Of a stretch of DNA of 64,000 bases, positions 38,795 through 49,063 are shown piece after piece; within the stretch, counting starts at the first letter, position 1, and each line of letters opens with the position of its first letter. Position numbers and translations under genes: made by a program. The notes under the pieces were generated by a model, which was given only the letters and a program-made list of their open reading frames with translations, searched no databases and had not been told where the DNA came from. Origin of the DNA: Oscillospiraceae bacterium (GTDB lineage: Bacteria > Bacillota > Clostridia > Oscillospirales > Oscillospiraceae); assembly GCA_031261325.1 (NCBI GenBank), contig JAISKH010000053.1:29539-93538 (forward strand), in the 5' to 3' direction.

Positions 38795-40908
38795 ACGTCC
38801 ACCGTGAACTGCGCGGGCAGAGTGCCCGTCAGCGCGAGCGTGCGCGCGTCGGGCTGTCCGCCGCCGACAAATACGCGGTTCGCGCCGCGCATCAGCACGC
38901 TGTCGCCGTTTTCGTCCACAAGGCTGAACGCCTTTTTATCTAGCGTAAAGCTAACCTCCGCGCTCTCGCCCGCCTGCAAATACACGGACTTGAAGCCCTT
39001 TAACTGCCACACGGGGGAATAAGCGAATCGCTCCGCGCATTGCACATAGCACTCAACAATCTCGCGCGCGGCAACCGCGCCCGTGTTCGTAACCGTCACA
39101 GAAACCTCCGCCGCGTCCGCGAGCTTTACACTCACGGGCGAAGCCGCCGCGTAACCGAAGCTCGTGTACGACAGCCCGTAACCAAACGGATACATCGCCT
39201 CATTCTTCATGTAGCGGTAAGTGCGGTTTTGCATAGAGTAATCCAAAAAGTCAGGCAGCTCCTCGCTTGAGCGGTAGAACGTCACGGGCAGTCTGCCCGA
39301 CGGAGAAAACACGCCGAAGATAGCCTCCGCAATCGCGCGTCCGCCCTCGCCGCCCGGGTACCAACCCTGCAAAATCGCCGAAAACCGCTCGGAAGCGAAA
39401 GTCAAATTCATCGCGCTGCCCGTCATGTTGACGAGCACCGTAGGCTTGCCCGTCGCCGCGACGGCTTCAATGAGCCGAAGTTGCGCGTCGGGGAACTCAA
39501 GGTTCGGTTTGTCGCCGCCGTCAAACGGATTGCTCGGGTGCCCCTCCTCGCCCTCAATCGAGTCGTCAAGCCCGACGACGAGCACAACCACGTCCGCGTC
39601 GTCGCACGCGCTGACAGCTTCACTGAGCCGATTGTTCGGGCGCGACAGGAAGTCCGACTTCTCGCGATACAGGTGACTGCCCTCCGCGTAATACACGCGC
39701 ACGTCGTCGCCCGCCAAGTCCTGTATGCCCTCCAGCACAGTAACATGGCGCGGCGGCGTGCCGTTGTAGTTGCCGAGCAGCACGCGGCGCGAATCCGCGT
39801 TCGGACCGACGACCGCGATAGTCTTGACCACCGCGCGGTCGAGCGGCAGCAAACCGTCGTTTTTCAGCAGCACCAAGCTGCGCCGCGCCGTCTCAAGCGC
39901 AAGCTCTGTGTGCTCGCGGCTGGCAATCGCGGAGAACGGCACATCGTCGTACTCCGTCCCGTCGAACAGTCCGAGCTTCAGCCGCGTCGTCATCAGGTGC
40001 ACAACCGCCTTGTCAATGTCCTCCTCCGTAATCAGTCCCGCTTTCAGCGACGAAACCATCGACAGGTAAGTCTTGCCGCAGTTCAGGTCGCAACCGTTTT
40101 TCAGCGCGAGCGCAACCGATTCCTCCGCCGAGTTCGTAATCTTATGGTGCTCGTGGAAGTCCGTTAACGCCCAGCAGTCGGACACGACATGCCCCTCAAA
40201 CTCCCACTTGCCGCGCAGAATGTCCACAAGCAGCGTCTTACTGCCGCAGCAAGGCTCGCCGTTAGTGCGGTTATACGCGCCCATAACAGCCTCAACCTTT
40301 GCTTCCGTCACAAGAGCCTCAAACGCGGGCAAATACGTCTCCCAAAGGTCGTGCGCGTCGGCAATCGCGTCGAACTCATGCCGCAGGTTTTCGGGTCCCG
40401 AGTGCACCGCGAAGTGCTTTGCGCAAGCCGCCGCCTTTAAGTACTCTCCGTCGCCCTGCAACCCGCGCACGAACGCCTTGCCAAGCTCCGCCGTCAGATA
40501 CGGGTCCTCGCCGTAAGTCTCGTGCCCGCGGCCCCAGCGCGGGTCGCGGAAAATGTTAATGTTCGGCGACCAAAAGCTAAGCCCTTTATAAATGTCGCGG
40601 TCGTCCTTAGCGGAAGCGGCGTTGAATTTCGCCCGCCCCTCTGTGGAAATAACGTCCGCGACTTGCCCGACAAGCTCGTCGTCAAACGCCGCCGCCATAG
40701 CAATCGCCTGTGGGAACACCGTCGCCGTACCGGCGCGCGCCACGCCGTGCAGAGCCTCGTTCCACCAGTTGTAGCTCGGTATGCCGAGCCGCCGAATCGC
40801 GGGCGCGTCATAGCTCGTCTGCGAAGCCTTTTCCGCAAGCGTCATGCGCGACACCAAATCAACGGCGCGCTCTTCAAACGACAGCACTCTATCCAAATAC
40901 TTCTCCAC
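38791..40908 (-). CDS. Glycoside hydrolase family 3 beta-xylosidase/beta-glucosidase
   Basis: 705 aa. GH3 N-terminal domain ('GIPSYNWWNEALHGV', 'KHFAVHSGPE') and catalytic region ('VVSDCWAL'). It sits between xylA and xylB. Confidence 0.85.
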   Translation of the reverse strand: MEKYLDRVLSFEERAVDLVSRMTLAEKASQTSYDAPAIRRLGIPSYNWWNEALHGVARAGTATVFPQAIAMAAAFDDELVGQVADVISTEGRAKFNAASAKDDRDIYKGLSFWSPNINIFRDPRWGRGHETYGEDPYLTAELGKAFVRGLQGDGEYLKAAACAKHFAVHSGPENLRHEFDAIADAHDLWETYLPAFEALVTEAKVEAVMGAYNRTNGEPCCGSKTLLVDILRGKWEFEGHVVSDCWALTDFHEHHKITNSAEESVALALKNGCDLNCGKTYLSMVSSLKAGLITEEDIDKAVVHLMTTRLKLGLFDGTEYDDVPFSAIASREHTELALETARRSLVLLKNDGLLPLDRAVVKTIAVVGPNADSRRVLLGNYNGTPPRHVTVLEGIQDLAGDDVRVYYAEGSHLYREKSDFLSRPNNRLSEAVSACDDADVVVLVVGLDDSIEGEEGHPSNPFDGGDKPNLEFPDAQLRLIEAVAATGKPTVLVNMTGSAMNLTFASERFSAILQGWYPGGEGGRAIAEAIFGVFSPSGRLPVTFYRSSEELPDFLDYSMQNRTYRYMKNEAMYPFGYGLSYTSFGYAAASPVSVKLADAAEVSVTVTNTGAVAAREIVECYVQCAERFAYSPVWQLKGFKSVYLQAGESAEVSFTLDKKAFSLVDENGDSVLMRGANRVFVGGGQPDARTLALTGTLPAQFTVDV

Positions 40909-42228
40909 CTATATGCCCCCCAATATTATCTGGTTCAACACGCTCTCCAAATATTCCTGCCGCCCGCTCGTGTTCGTCGTAACCTCGCCGAGCGCGAGCG
41001 CGTACCGCTCCAAGTCAAATATCGTCGCCTTGCCTGACACGATGTCCGCGCCGATGCCGCTCTTGTACCCCGCGTAACGCTCGTCAACAAACGTGTCAAG
41101 CCGCCCGTCCTCAATCAGCCGCAGAGCCGCCTTCAGCCCGAACGCGAACGCGTCCATACCCGCGATGTAACTGAGCAGCGTGTCCTCCCGCGTGAACGAG
41201 CCGCGCCGCGCCTTAGCGTCGAAGTTCAGCCCGCCCTTTGTGAAGCCGCCCGCCTTGATAACCTCATACATGCACAGCGTCGCGTCATAGACATTCGTCG
41301 GGAATTGGTCCGTGTCCCACCCGAGCAGCGCGTCGCCCTGATTCGCGTCAATCGACCCGAACGCGCCCGTCTCGCGCGCGACGCGCAGCTCATGCTGGAA
41401 CGTGTGCCCCGCAAGCGTCGCGTGGTTCGCCTCAATGTTCAGCTTAAAGTCCTTGTCAAGCCCGTACCGCTGCAAAAACGCGATAACCGTCGCCGCGTCG
41501 AAGTCGTACTGGTGCTTTGTCGGCTCCTTGGGTTTCGGCTCAATGTAAAAGTCGCCCGCGAACCCGATACTCCGCGCGTAGTCAACCTCAAGCCGCATCA
41601 GCCGCGCCATGTTGTCCTGCTCCAAGCCGCAGTTCGTGTTCAGCAGCGTCTCATAGCCCTCGCGCCCGCCCCAGAACACATAGCCCTCCCCGCCCAAGCG
41701 GTGCGTGACCTCAATCGCCTTTTTAATCTGCGCGGCGGCAAAAGCGAAAGCGTCCGGATTCGGAGCCGTGCCCGCCCCGTGCATATAGCGCGGGTGCCCG
41801 AAGCAGTTCGCCGTGCCCCACAGCACCTTTTTGCCTGTAGACTTAATCAGCGTCTCAAGCTCGTCGGAAATCGCGTCAAGCCGCGCGTTCGTCTCCGAAA
41901 GCGTCTCCCCCTCGGGAGCCAAATCGCGGTCGTGGAAGCAGAAATAGTCAACGTCCAGCTTCTCCATAAGCTCAAAAGCCGCCGCCGCGCGCCGCCGCGC
42001 AACGTCCATGCCGTCAACCCCGCCGAACGACTTGTCAGCCGTCCCGACGCCGAACATGTCGGTTCCCTCCGCCGGCATCGTGTGCCACCACGACAGCGCG
42101 AACCGCAAATGCTCGCGCATGGGTTTTCCCGCGATAACCGCGTCCGCGTCGTAATGCTTGAACGACAGGGGATTATCGCTCCCCGCGCCCTCGTACTTAA
42201 TCTTGCCCGCGCCGAAAAAATCACTCAT
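40909..42228 (-). CDS. xylA: Xylose isomerase
   Basis: '[42 protein letters not shown]' and '[10 protein letters not shown]' are canonical XylA motifs. Confidence 0.95.
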   Translation of the reverse strand: MSDFFGAGKIKYEGAGSDNPLSFKHYDADAVIAGKPMREHLRFALSWWHTMPAEGTDMFGVGTADKSFGGVDGMDVARRRAAAAFELMEKLDVDYFCFHDRDLAPEGETLSETNARLDAISDELETLIKSTGKKVLWGTANCFGHPRYMHGAGTAPNPDAFAFAAAQIKKAIEVTHRLGGEGYVFWGGREGYETLLNTNCGLEQDNMARLMRLEVDYARSIGFAGDFYIEPKPKEPTKHQYDFDAATVIAFLQRYGLDKDFKLNIEANHATLAGHTFQHELRVARETGAFGSIDANQGDALLGWDTDQFPTNVYDATLCMYEVIKAGGFTKGGLNFDAKARRGSFTREDTLLSYIAGMDAFAFGLKAALRLIEDGRLDTFVDERYAGYKSGIGADIVSGKATIFDLERYALALGEVTTNTSGRQEYLESVLNQIILGGI

Positions 42229-42270
42229 AGAATCAACCTCCGATAAATTTTTAATGGTTAGATTTTATCA

Positions 42271-45200
42271 TCAAATACTGCCGTTTACAATATCAACAGC
42301 CCTGTTAAGCGCGAAAAAGTACAACGCCCCGCGTGACACGGGCTTGCCCGTAATGCGCGTAATCGCGCGGCAATAGGACGAAATCTGCGCTGTGTAATCC
42401 TCCGCTTTCGCCGCGAGCGTCGCGTCAGTCACGCGGTCGGTCTTAAAGTCAACAACCGTAAGCGTTTCGCCGTCGTCCGCAATCAGGTCGATAACGCCCT
42501 GAAACAATATCTCGTCCTCGCCCCCGCCCGCGATAAGCTCCTCCGCACGGACGAGCAACGAAAACTTAAACTCGCGATAAACGCGCTCCGCGCCCAGCAC
42601 CTTTGCGCCAAGCTCGGACGAGACGAACGCCGCGATACTCGCGCAATCCGCCGCGTCCGCCTGCTCGCGCGAGATAATCCCCGCCGCGAGCAATCGCGCA
42701 ACCTCGCCCCGCGCGCCCTCAACCGTCGCGCACGCGCCGAACTCCACATGCTGCATAACCGCGTGCAGAGCCGTGCCGCGCTCCGCGCCTGTCAGCGCGC
42801 GCGCCGCGTCACCCGCGGACAAAAACGCGGGCTTTGCGTAAATATCGGAAAACGCCGCCTTTACAAGCGTGTCCGCGTCCTCCGCAACCTCCCCGTCGCG
42901 GAACCGCCCTTTTAGCTCCGTAGCCGTCAACTTACTCGGCAATTGCGCCGCCGACGGATACGGATACTTGAACGAAAGTCGCTCCGCAACTTCGTCAATT
43001 GACAATTGACTATTGACAGTTGACAATTCAGGCGTTGCGGGAGCAGATATATCGTCCGAAACAGCCGTTTCGCCCGCACCGCTCACGTCAGTAATCACCC
43101 GCAAATCCCACAGCTTGTCCGCGTCCTCAACCGTCAGTTGCGCAAGCAATATCATATCGAGCAGGCAACTCGTGCCGCGCAGCACGCGCGGTTCAACGGG
43201 CGTTGAAGCCGAAGCGCGCAGCTTGTCCAGCGCCGCCGTCGCGTTCGCGTGCGACCCGACAATCACAAGCTTTTCCCGCGCCCGCGTCATCGCGACGTAC
43301 AGAACGCGCAGCTCCTCCGCCCGCAGCTCCTCCGTCAGCTTTGCCGAAATCGCGCGCCGCGCAATCGTCGGGAACGCAATGCGCCGCTCGCGGTTAACGC
43401 GCTTTGCCCCAACCCCGAGCTTCGGGTGAATAAGCAGCGGTGCGGTTAAGTCAAGCCGATTGTACCCCTTGGTCATGTCGGCAAGGAACACAATCGGAAA
43501 CTCCAACCCCTTGGATTTGTGCATCGTCAGCAGCTGCACCGCGCCCGTGCCCTGCGTCTCCGCACCGCCCGTGAGGTCGCGCCCCGCCTCCCGCAGCCGC
43601 CGCACATGCGTGATAAAACCGAACAACCCCTTGTAACCGCCGCCCTCAAAGCGCCGCGCGTGGTCAATCAGCCGCGTCAGGTTGTCGCGCCGCTCCGCAC
43701 CGTGCGTCATCGCGCCGACAATCGCGGGCAGCCCCGTCCTGTTGTATACATGCCACAAAAACTTGTCGGTCGGAAGCTCGGGCGCAAGCGCGCGGAACGC
43801 GTTCAGCTCGTCCAAAAACCGCCGCGCGTCCTCGTCCGTCTCCGCCGCGACGTTTAGAGCCGTGAGGAAGTCCTCACTCGGCGCAAGCAGACGAATCCCC
43901 GCGAGCTTATCCGCCGAAAACGCGTAAATCGGACCGCGCAGCGTCGCAATCAGCGGCACATCCTGCTTCGGGTTGTCGATAACCTCCAGCAGAGACAGCG
44001 CGACAGTAATCTCCGTCGTGTCAAAAAAGCTTTCCCGCTCCGAGAACTCAACAGGTATGGCCCGCGCCGCGAGAGCCGAGCGATAAGCCGCCGCCTTGCC
44101 CTTAAAAGCGCGCAGCAGAATCGCAACGTCGCCGTAGTTCGCGCACCGAACGCCGCCGTCCTTAACGGGAACCTCAAACCCGCCCGAAATTAGCTCGTCA
44201 ATGCGCCGCGCGACAAATGCCGCCGCAAGCTCCACGTTGTCGGGCGAATCCTCGTTCTCGTCCGCGCTGTGTCTGCGTTTCGGCAAGTCAATAACGTCAA
44301 TCTCGACCGAGTGACCCTCCGTGTCGTCGTCGCGCCCGCAGAGCAGCTTCTCGTTCTCGCCGTACTCCATCTCGCCGTACTCAACCGACATGATGTTCTC
44401 AAACACGAAGTTCACCGCGTCCAAAACGTTCTTGCGTGAGCGGAAGTTTTTCGACAGCAATATCCGCTTCCCGCCGCCGTCGGTCTTTGCGAAATCGCGA
44501 TACTTCCCCAAAAATATGTTCGGGTCCGCGAGACGGAACCGATAAATCGACTGCTTCACGTCGCCGACCATGAACACGTTGCGTCCCTCGCGTGAGACCG
44601 CGCTGAATATCCGCTCCTGAACCTCGTTCACGTCCTGATATTCGTCCACCATAACCTCACGGAACCGCTCCCGCACAACGCGTGCGAACGCCGTCGGCTC
44701 ACCGTCCTCGTCAGTCAGCAGCCGCAGAGCCATGTGCTCTTGGTCGGAGAAATCGACAATGCCGCGCCGCCGCTTCGCCTCACCGTAAGCCTTGCCGAAG
44801 TCCTCCACGAGCGCAAACAACCCGCGCAGAGCGGGACGCACCGCAAGCAAATCGTCCAGCACTTTCCGCGAAGGCTCGGCAAACGACACCCGCAGCTTGT
44901 CATAAGCCGTCTTACACGCCAAGCGGCTTTCCCTAACGTCGGCGTAATCCTCGCCCGATAGCGCGACGGCTTTCGGCAGAGAAACCGCCGCGCTCGCGGT
45001 CGCGTCCCAACCAACCTTCAGCGCGTCGCAAAACGCGGTCATCACGTCGAACTGAGCTCCATACGACTTTTCAATCGTCGCGTCCCCGCGCACGCTCTCA
45101 ATCCACTCGCGCCAATAACGCATCTCCGCGAGCGCGTTGTCAAGCAGCAGCCGCCCCCAACGCGTGTCGCCAGCGTCGGCGACAGTCTCAAACGCAAGCT

Positions 45201-45801
45201 CCGCCATGCGGTCGCGTATCCAACCCGCGGGGTCTGCGTTCGCTTGCAGCTTATCGTAGGTGTTCAGCACAATGTCCGCCAGCCGACTGTCGTCGCGCCC
45301 CGCGCTCATCGTATCCACAAGCTCGGCAAAGTCCGCGTCCTCAAGAATCGTTTCATACCGCGCGTCGAGAACCTCATTCAGCGTCTCCGCCTGAATAATC
45401 GCGCACTCGTCCGCGTCCGCAACGCGGAAATCAGGCGCAAGTCCGAGCACATGCGCGTTCTCCCGCAAAAGCTCAAGGCAAAAGCCGTGAATCGTCATAA
45501 TGTGGCTCGCGCTGACGAGCAAAGCCTGCCGCCGCAAACGGCGGTTAGTCGGGTCAGCGGCAAGCCGCTCCGAAATCTCGTCGCCCACGCGCTCGCGCAG
45601 CTCCGCCGCCGCGTTGTTTGTAAAGGTGATAATGAGGAAATCCGTAACGCTCACGTCTGCGTCAGGGTTTTCCAATTGACGCATCAGCCGCTCCACAAGC
45701 ACGCGCGTCTTGCCCGAGCCCGCGCCGGCGGACACGAGAATCGCCTCGCCCATGTGCGTCATCGCCTCGAACTGCTCCGGTGTCGGTTCAATCTTTGCCA
45801 T
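42271..45801 (-). CDS. addA: ATP-dependent helicase/nuclease subunit A (AddA/RexA)
   Basis: 'ILVSAGAGSGKTRVLVERL' UvrD-type Walker A. 1176 aa. C-terminal RecB-type nuclease domain. It overlaps the addB 3' end. Confidence 0.9.
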   Translation of the reverse strand: MAKIEPTPEQFEAMTHMGEAILVSAGAGSGKTRVLVERLMRQLENPDADVSVTDFLIITFTNNAAAELRERVGDEISERLAADPTNRRLRRQALLVSASHIMTIHGFCLELLRENAHVLGLAPDFRVADADECAIIQAETLNEVLDARYETILEDADFAELVDTMSAGRDDSRLADIVLNTYDKLQANADPAGWIRDRMAELAFETVADAGDTRWGRLLLDNALAEMRYWREWIESVRGDATIEKSYGAQFDVMTAFCDALKVGWDATASAAVSLPKAVALSGEDYADVRESRLACKTAYDKLRVSFAEPSRKVLDDLLAVRPALRGLFALVEDFGKAYGEAKRRRGIVDFSDQEHMALRLLTDEDGEPTAFARVVRERFREVMVDEYQDVNEVQERIFSAVSREGRNVFMVGDVKQSIYRFRLADPNIFLGKYRDFAKTDGGGKRILLSKNFRSRKNVLDAVNFVFENIMSVEYGEMEYGENEKLLCGRDDDTEGHSVEIDVIDLPKRRHSADENEDSPDNVELAAAFVARRIDELISGGFEVPVKDGGVRCANYGDVAILLRAFKGKAAAYRSALAARAIPVEFSERESFFDTTEITVALSLLEVIDNPKQDVPLIATLRGPIYAFSADKLAGIRLLAPSEDFLTALNVAAETDEDARRFLDELNAFRALAPELPTDKFLWHVYNRTGLPAIVGAMTHGAERRDNLTRLIDHARRFEGGGYKGLFGFITHVRRLREAGRDLTGGAETQGTGAVQLLTMHKSKGLEFPIVFLADMTKGYNRLDLTAPLLIHPKLGVGAKRVNRERRIAFPTIARRAISAKLTEELRAEELRVLYVAMTRAREKLVIVGSHANATAALDKLRASASTPVEPRVLRGTSCLLDMILLAQLTVEDADKLWDLRVITDVSGAGETAVSDDISAPATPELSTVNSQLSIDEVAERLSFKYPYPSAAQLPSKLTATELKGRFRDGEVAEDADTLVKAAFSDIYAKPAFLSAGDAARALTGAERGTALHAVMQHVEFGACATVEGARGEVARLLAAGIISREQADAADCASIAAFVSSELGAKVLGAERVYREFKFSLLVRAEELIAGGGEDEILFQGVIDLIADDGETLTVVDFKTDRVTDATLAAKAEDYTAQISSYCRAITRITGKPVSRGALYFFALNRAVDIVNGSI
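42996..43030. repeat. 35-bp heptad-repeat element (CAATTGA x5, third and fourth units variant) inside addA
   Basis: CAATTGA CAATTGA CTATTGA CAGTTGA CAATTCA. On the coding (-) strand it is translated in frame as 'ELSTVNSQLSIDE'. Confidence 0.7.
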
Positions 45802-48800
45802 TCCCGCCGCCTACTTTCTCCCAAAATTCCGAATTGCTCACGTTATATATTCGCCGCCGATTGTCGCGCTCCTCGTCAAACAGACACGCCGACTTGTACT
45901 CGCAATATCGGCAGGCGTGGTCGTCATTGGCGCGATAGTAAGGGTCGGCGGAAACGTCGCCCGACAGCAAACCTTTCGGCACGGCGGCGAGCAACCCGTC
46001 CAAATGCCGCGACAACTGCTCAAACTGCTCCGCCGTCGCCCGATTTGACGGCATAAACCGCTTCACGCCGCGCTCCATGGCTTCAACCACCGCGTCGTCG
46101 TCCAACAACAGTCCGCTGCGCTTTAACTTACTCGCAAGCTCTTTGTCAATCTCCACGTCGGACATGTCGTGCTTCGCCGTAAAAATCTCGGCGCAGGCGC
46201 GGGAGTACAGCACGCCCGAGGGCACAACGTCGCTCCTGCCGCGCGTCAAGGCGAACAGGTAAATCAGCATCTGCGCTCCCAATCCGTTCAGCACCTTGGT
46301 CAGCTCAAAAGCCTCGCTCCCCGTCTTATAGTCAACGACACGCAGATAACGCTTCCCGCCGTCGTCCCATTCGTCAATGCGGTCAATCAACCCGTGCAGA
46401 ACGGGAATTTCGCCGATACTCTCGTCAAAGCGCGGCTCGCTCTGAAAGTCCTTCTCAAACTCGGTCGGCGCGAAGTCAGACGCGCGCAGCTCACGCGCCG
46501 TGTCCGCGACGACCGTCCGCGCTTCACCCGCAAGCCGCAGAAACAGGTAACGAAACCGCTCGGGACGCTCGTCCCAATCGGGCATGTTTTTCGCGATGTA
46601 TTCCTCCGTAAACGTATCCGTCAGCGCGGTGAGCGCGTCAGGCTCCACCGCCCCGAACCCGCCCGAGTCGCGCGCGTACTCCGCCGTTTTTTGCAGGACG
46701 AAGTGCATAAACGTTCCCTCCTCCGGCGCGTCAAACGTCACCGCCTTGCGCTCGTATGCCCGCAGCCCGTTCTTCATGAAATACCCGAACTTGCACGAAT
46801 AAAACGCCTTAACCCGCGTCGCGGAATAGGCGCGTCCCGCCCCGTAAAGCCTGAACGCCGCGTCAGCGGAGAGCGACCCGCGCTCCATTGCGGCGGCAAC
46901 CTCAAGCTCGCGCAAACGCGCGCCGCCGAATTGCTCAAAAAACGCGCGCGCCTCGGAATCGGCGGACATGGCCGCAAGCTCATAGCAGGGCAGCTCCGCC
47001 GCCGTCATGTATTCGCGCGGCTCCGGCACGCGCTCCGTAAGCCGTAGCAGCTTCAGCGCGCGCGTAAATAAATACGACGGCTTCGCGCTTTTCGGATACA
47101 GCAAAATCAGCTTGTCCGACGGCTGCGTCAGCGCGGAATAAATAATGTTAAGCTCGTTTGCCAGTCGCGTCTCCATGCCGCCCGACACCGCTACGCCGAG
47201 CGAACCGAGCCGCGTCCGCTCCTCGTCGGACAGCACGCCGCCCGGTTCCGAAGCGTGCGGCAGCGCGCCGTCCGTCGCCCCGAGCACAATCAGGCACTTG
47301 ACGTCTAGTCGCCGCCCGCTTGCCATGTCGCCGACCATCACGCGGTCAAGCGCGACGGGAATCACGCCCACGCTGTACTGCGACAGCACAAGCGGGAGCA
47401 CGCGCGCGAACTCCGCAATCGAGAGCGACGCGTCGCCCATCAGCGCGTGGCATTGGTCAATTGCGCTCACGATAATCTTCCAAAGCTGGCGATATTCGTC
47501 CGCGAGCCGCGCGTTACCAAGCCCGCCCAACAGCTCCGCCTTAGCCGAAATCGCCCGCGGTAACTCCAATCCCTCCAAGAACTCGTACAGCACGCCCAAC
47601 CCGTCGGCGCAAGTCGCCGCGCGTTTAAGTCCGTTCTGCAACCGCACGAGCGGCGCGGCAATCCGCCTCCGAAGCGCGTCCACCCGAGCCGCTTCCGCGA
47701 GCTTAACCTGCTCGCGCTTCCTGTCAACCTCCGTCTCCGCGTCGCGCTTCAGCCCGAAAGCCCAGTCGCCCGCGCGCGTCCAAGTCCCGCCGCGAATGTT
47801 GTAACGTATCACATAGTTCTCAAGCTCATCACATTCTTCCGCCGCAATTCCCGCAAGCCCTGTCTTAAGGTAACGGAACACCGCGTCATAGCTCCACCCG
47901 CGCGTCACAATCTCAAGAGCCGCGACAATCAGCGCGACAGGCGGCTTTTGCAATATGTCGGCGTTGCCCGAAACGAATACGGGTATCCCGTATCGTTCAA
48001 ACACGTTCTCGCACAGCGACGCATACGCGTCCACCCCGCGCGCCGTAATCGCGATGTCGCGGTAACGATACCCCGCCCGCACAAGCTCCAGAACCTTAGC
48101 CGCCGCAATTTCGCACTCCGTAAACGTCGTCGCCGCCGCGAGCGTCTCAACAGAAGCCGCCGCCCCGCCGTAAACCTCGCCCCCGTGCGCGAACAATCGC
48201 CGCTCCAAAAACGCTAGGTCGCCCGCCCGCCGCGCGTCGCCAATCGAAAGCTCTCTCAAGCTCCACTCCGCGCCGTACTTCTCCGCGAGCCGAATCAACT
48301 CCTCCAGAGCCTTACGCGGAGCCGCGAAAATCTCCTCGTCCCCGAACCGCTCGCCGCAAGTCAGGCAAAATGTAAGCTCCGCGCCCGAAGCGATAAGCTC
48401 CTCAATAACGCGCGTCTCCTGCGCCGTGAACTCATTGAACCCGTCGATGTAATAACGCCGCTCCGCAAACGAGCTTATCGCAATCTTATCCGCCGCAAGC
48501 GTCAACCTGTCGCGCGGGTCAATTGCCGCCGCACCGCGCAAAAACGCGTCATAACCCTCCAGAATCAGCGCAAGCTCGCGCAGCTTGTCGCCCAGCGCGC
48601 CGCCCGCGTCCTCCGCCGCCCGCGAAAGCGTCTCGGGAGTCGCTCTGCAAGCCTTCAACTCCTTAACCGTCGCGAGCAACCGCTCCAAAAAGTCGGCTCG
48701 CCGCTCGCCGCCGTATAACTTCAGGGCAGGCTCCGCCACCGCGAGAGCGCGGTACAGCGCGAGAATCTGCCCCCCGCCGTCAAGCACGTTAACCGCCCCC

Positions 48801-49030
48801 GAAACCTCCGCCAGCACGCGCGTGCAAAGCCGCGTAAAGCTCAAAGCCTCGCCGTGCAGCGACAGCGAATCGCCGACGACGCGGCAAAGCTGCCGCTCGC
48901 AAGCGTGCGAATACTGCTCCGGCACGAGCATGATAAGCCCCGTCTCGCCGTCCGCCGCCCGCCGCCGCATGTCCTCCATAACAAGCGCCGTCTTACCGCT
49001 CCCCGAACGTCCCAAAATAAAAGTAATCAA
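45788..49030 (-). CDS. addB: ATP-dependent helicase/nuclease subunit B (AddB/RexB)
   Basis: TTG start 6 nt after GGGGAGG gives 'MITFILGRSGSGKT' (degenerate Walker A typical of AddB). The C-terminal 'CRYCEYKSAC' Fe-S cysteines are present. The ORF-track start at 49063 is probably leader. Confidence 0.85.
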   Translation of the reverse strand: MITFILGRSGSGKTALVMEDMRRRAADGETGLIMLVPEQYSHACERQLCRVVGDSLSLHGEALSFTRLCTRVLAEVSGAVNVLDGGGQILALYRALAVAEPALKLYGGERRADFLERLLATVKELKACRATPETLSRAAEDAGGALGDKLRELALILEGYDAFLRGAAAIDPRDRLTLAADKIAISSFAERRYYIDGFNEFTAQETRVIEELIASGAELTFCLTCGERFGDEEIFAAPRKALEELIRLAEKYGAEWSLRELSIGDARRAGDLAFLERRLFAHGGEVYGGAAASVETLAAATTFTECEIAAAKVLELVRAGYRYRDIAITARGVDAYASLCENVFERYGIPVFVSGNADILQKPPVALIVAALEIVTRGWSYDAVFRYLKTGLAGIAAEECDELENYVIRYNIRGGTWTRAGDWAFGLKRDAETEVDRKREQVKLAEAARVDALRRRIAAPLVRLQNGLKRAATCADGLGVLYEFLEGLELPRAISAKAELLGGLGNARLADEYRQLWKIIVSAIDQCHALMGDASLSIAEFARVLPLVLSQYSVGVIPVALDRVMVGDMASGRRLDVKCLIVLGATDGALPHASEPGGVLSDEERTRLGSLGVAVSGGMETRLANELNIIYSALTQPSDKLILLYPKSAKPSYLFTRALKLLRLTERVPEPREYMTAAELPCYELAAMSADSEARAFFEQFGGARLRELEVAAAMERGSLSADAAFRLYGAGRAYSATRVKAFYSCKFGYFMKNGLRAYERKAVTFDAPEEGTFMHFVLQKTAEYARDSGGFGAVEPDALTALTDTFTEEYIAKNMPDWDERPERFRYLFLRLAGEARTVVADTARELRASDFAPTEFEKDFQSEPRFDESIGEIPVLHGLIDRIDEWDDGGKRYLRVVDYKTGSEAFELTKVLNGLGAQMLIYLFALTRGRSDVVPSGVLYSRACAEIFTAKHDMSDVEIDKELASKLKRSGLLLDDDAVVEAMERGVKRFMPSNRATAEQFEQLSRHLDGLLAAVPKGLLSGDVSADPYYRANDDHACRYCEYKSACLFDEERDNRRRIYNVSNSEFWEKVGGGNGKD

Positions 49031-49063
49031 TAAATCCTCCCCATTTCCAATTGCGATTCGCAA

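Noticed and set aside
49031-49063. Palindrome in the addB leader as a LexA/Cheo box
   Set aside because: The sequence CAATTGCGATTCGCAATT does not match the Firmicute LexA consensus CGAACnnnnGTTCG.
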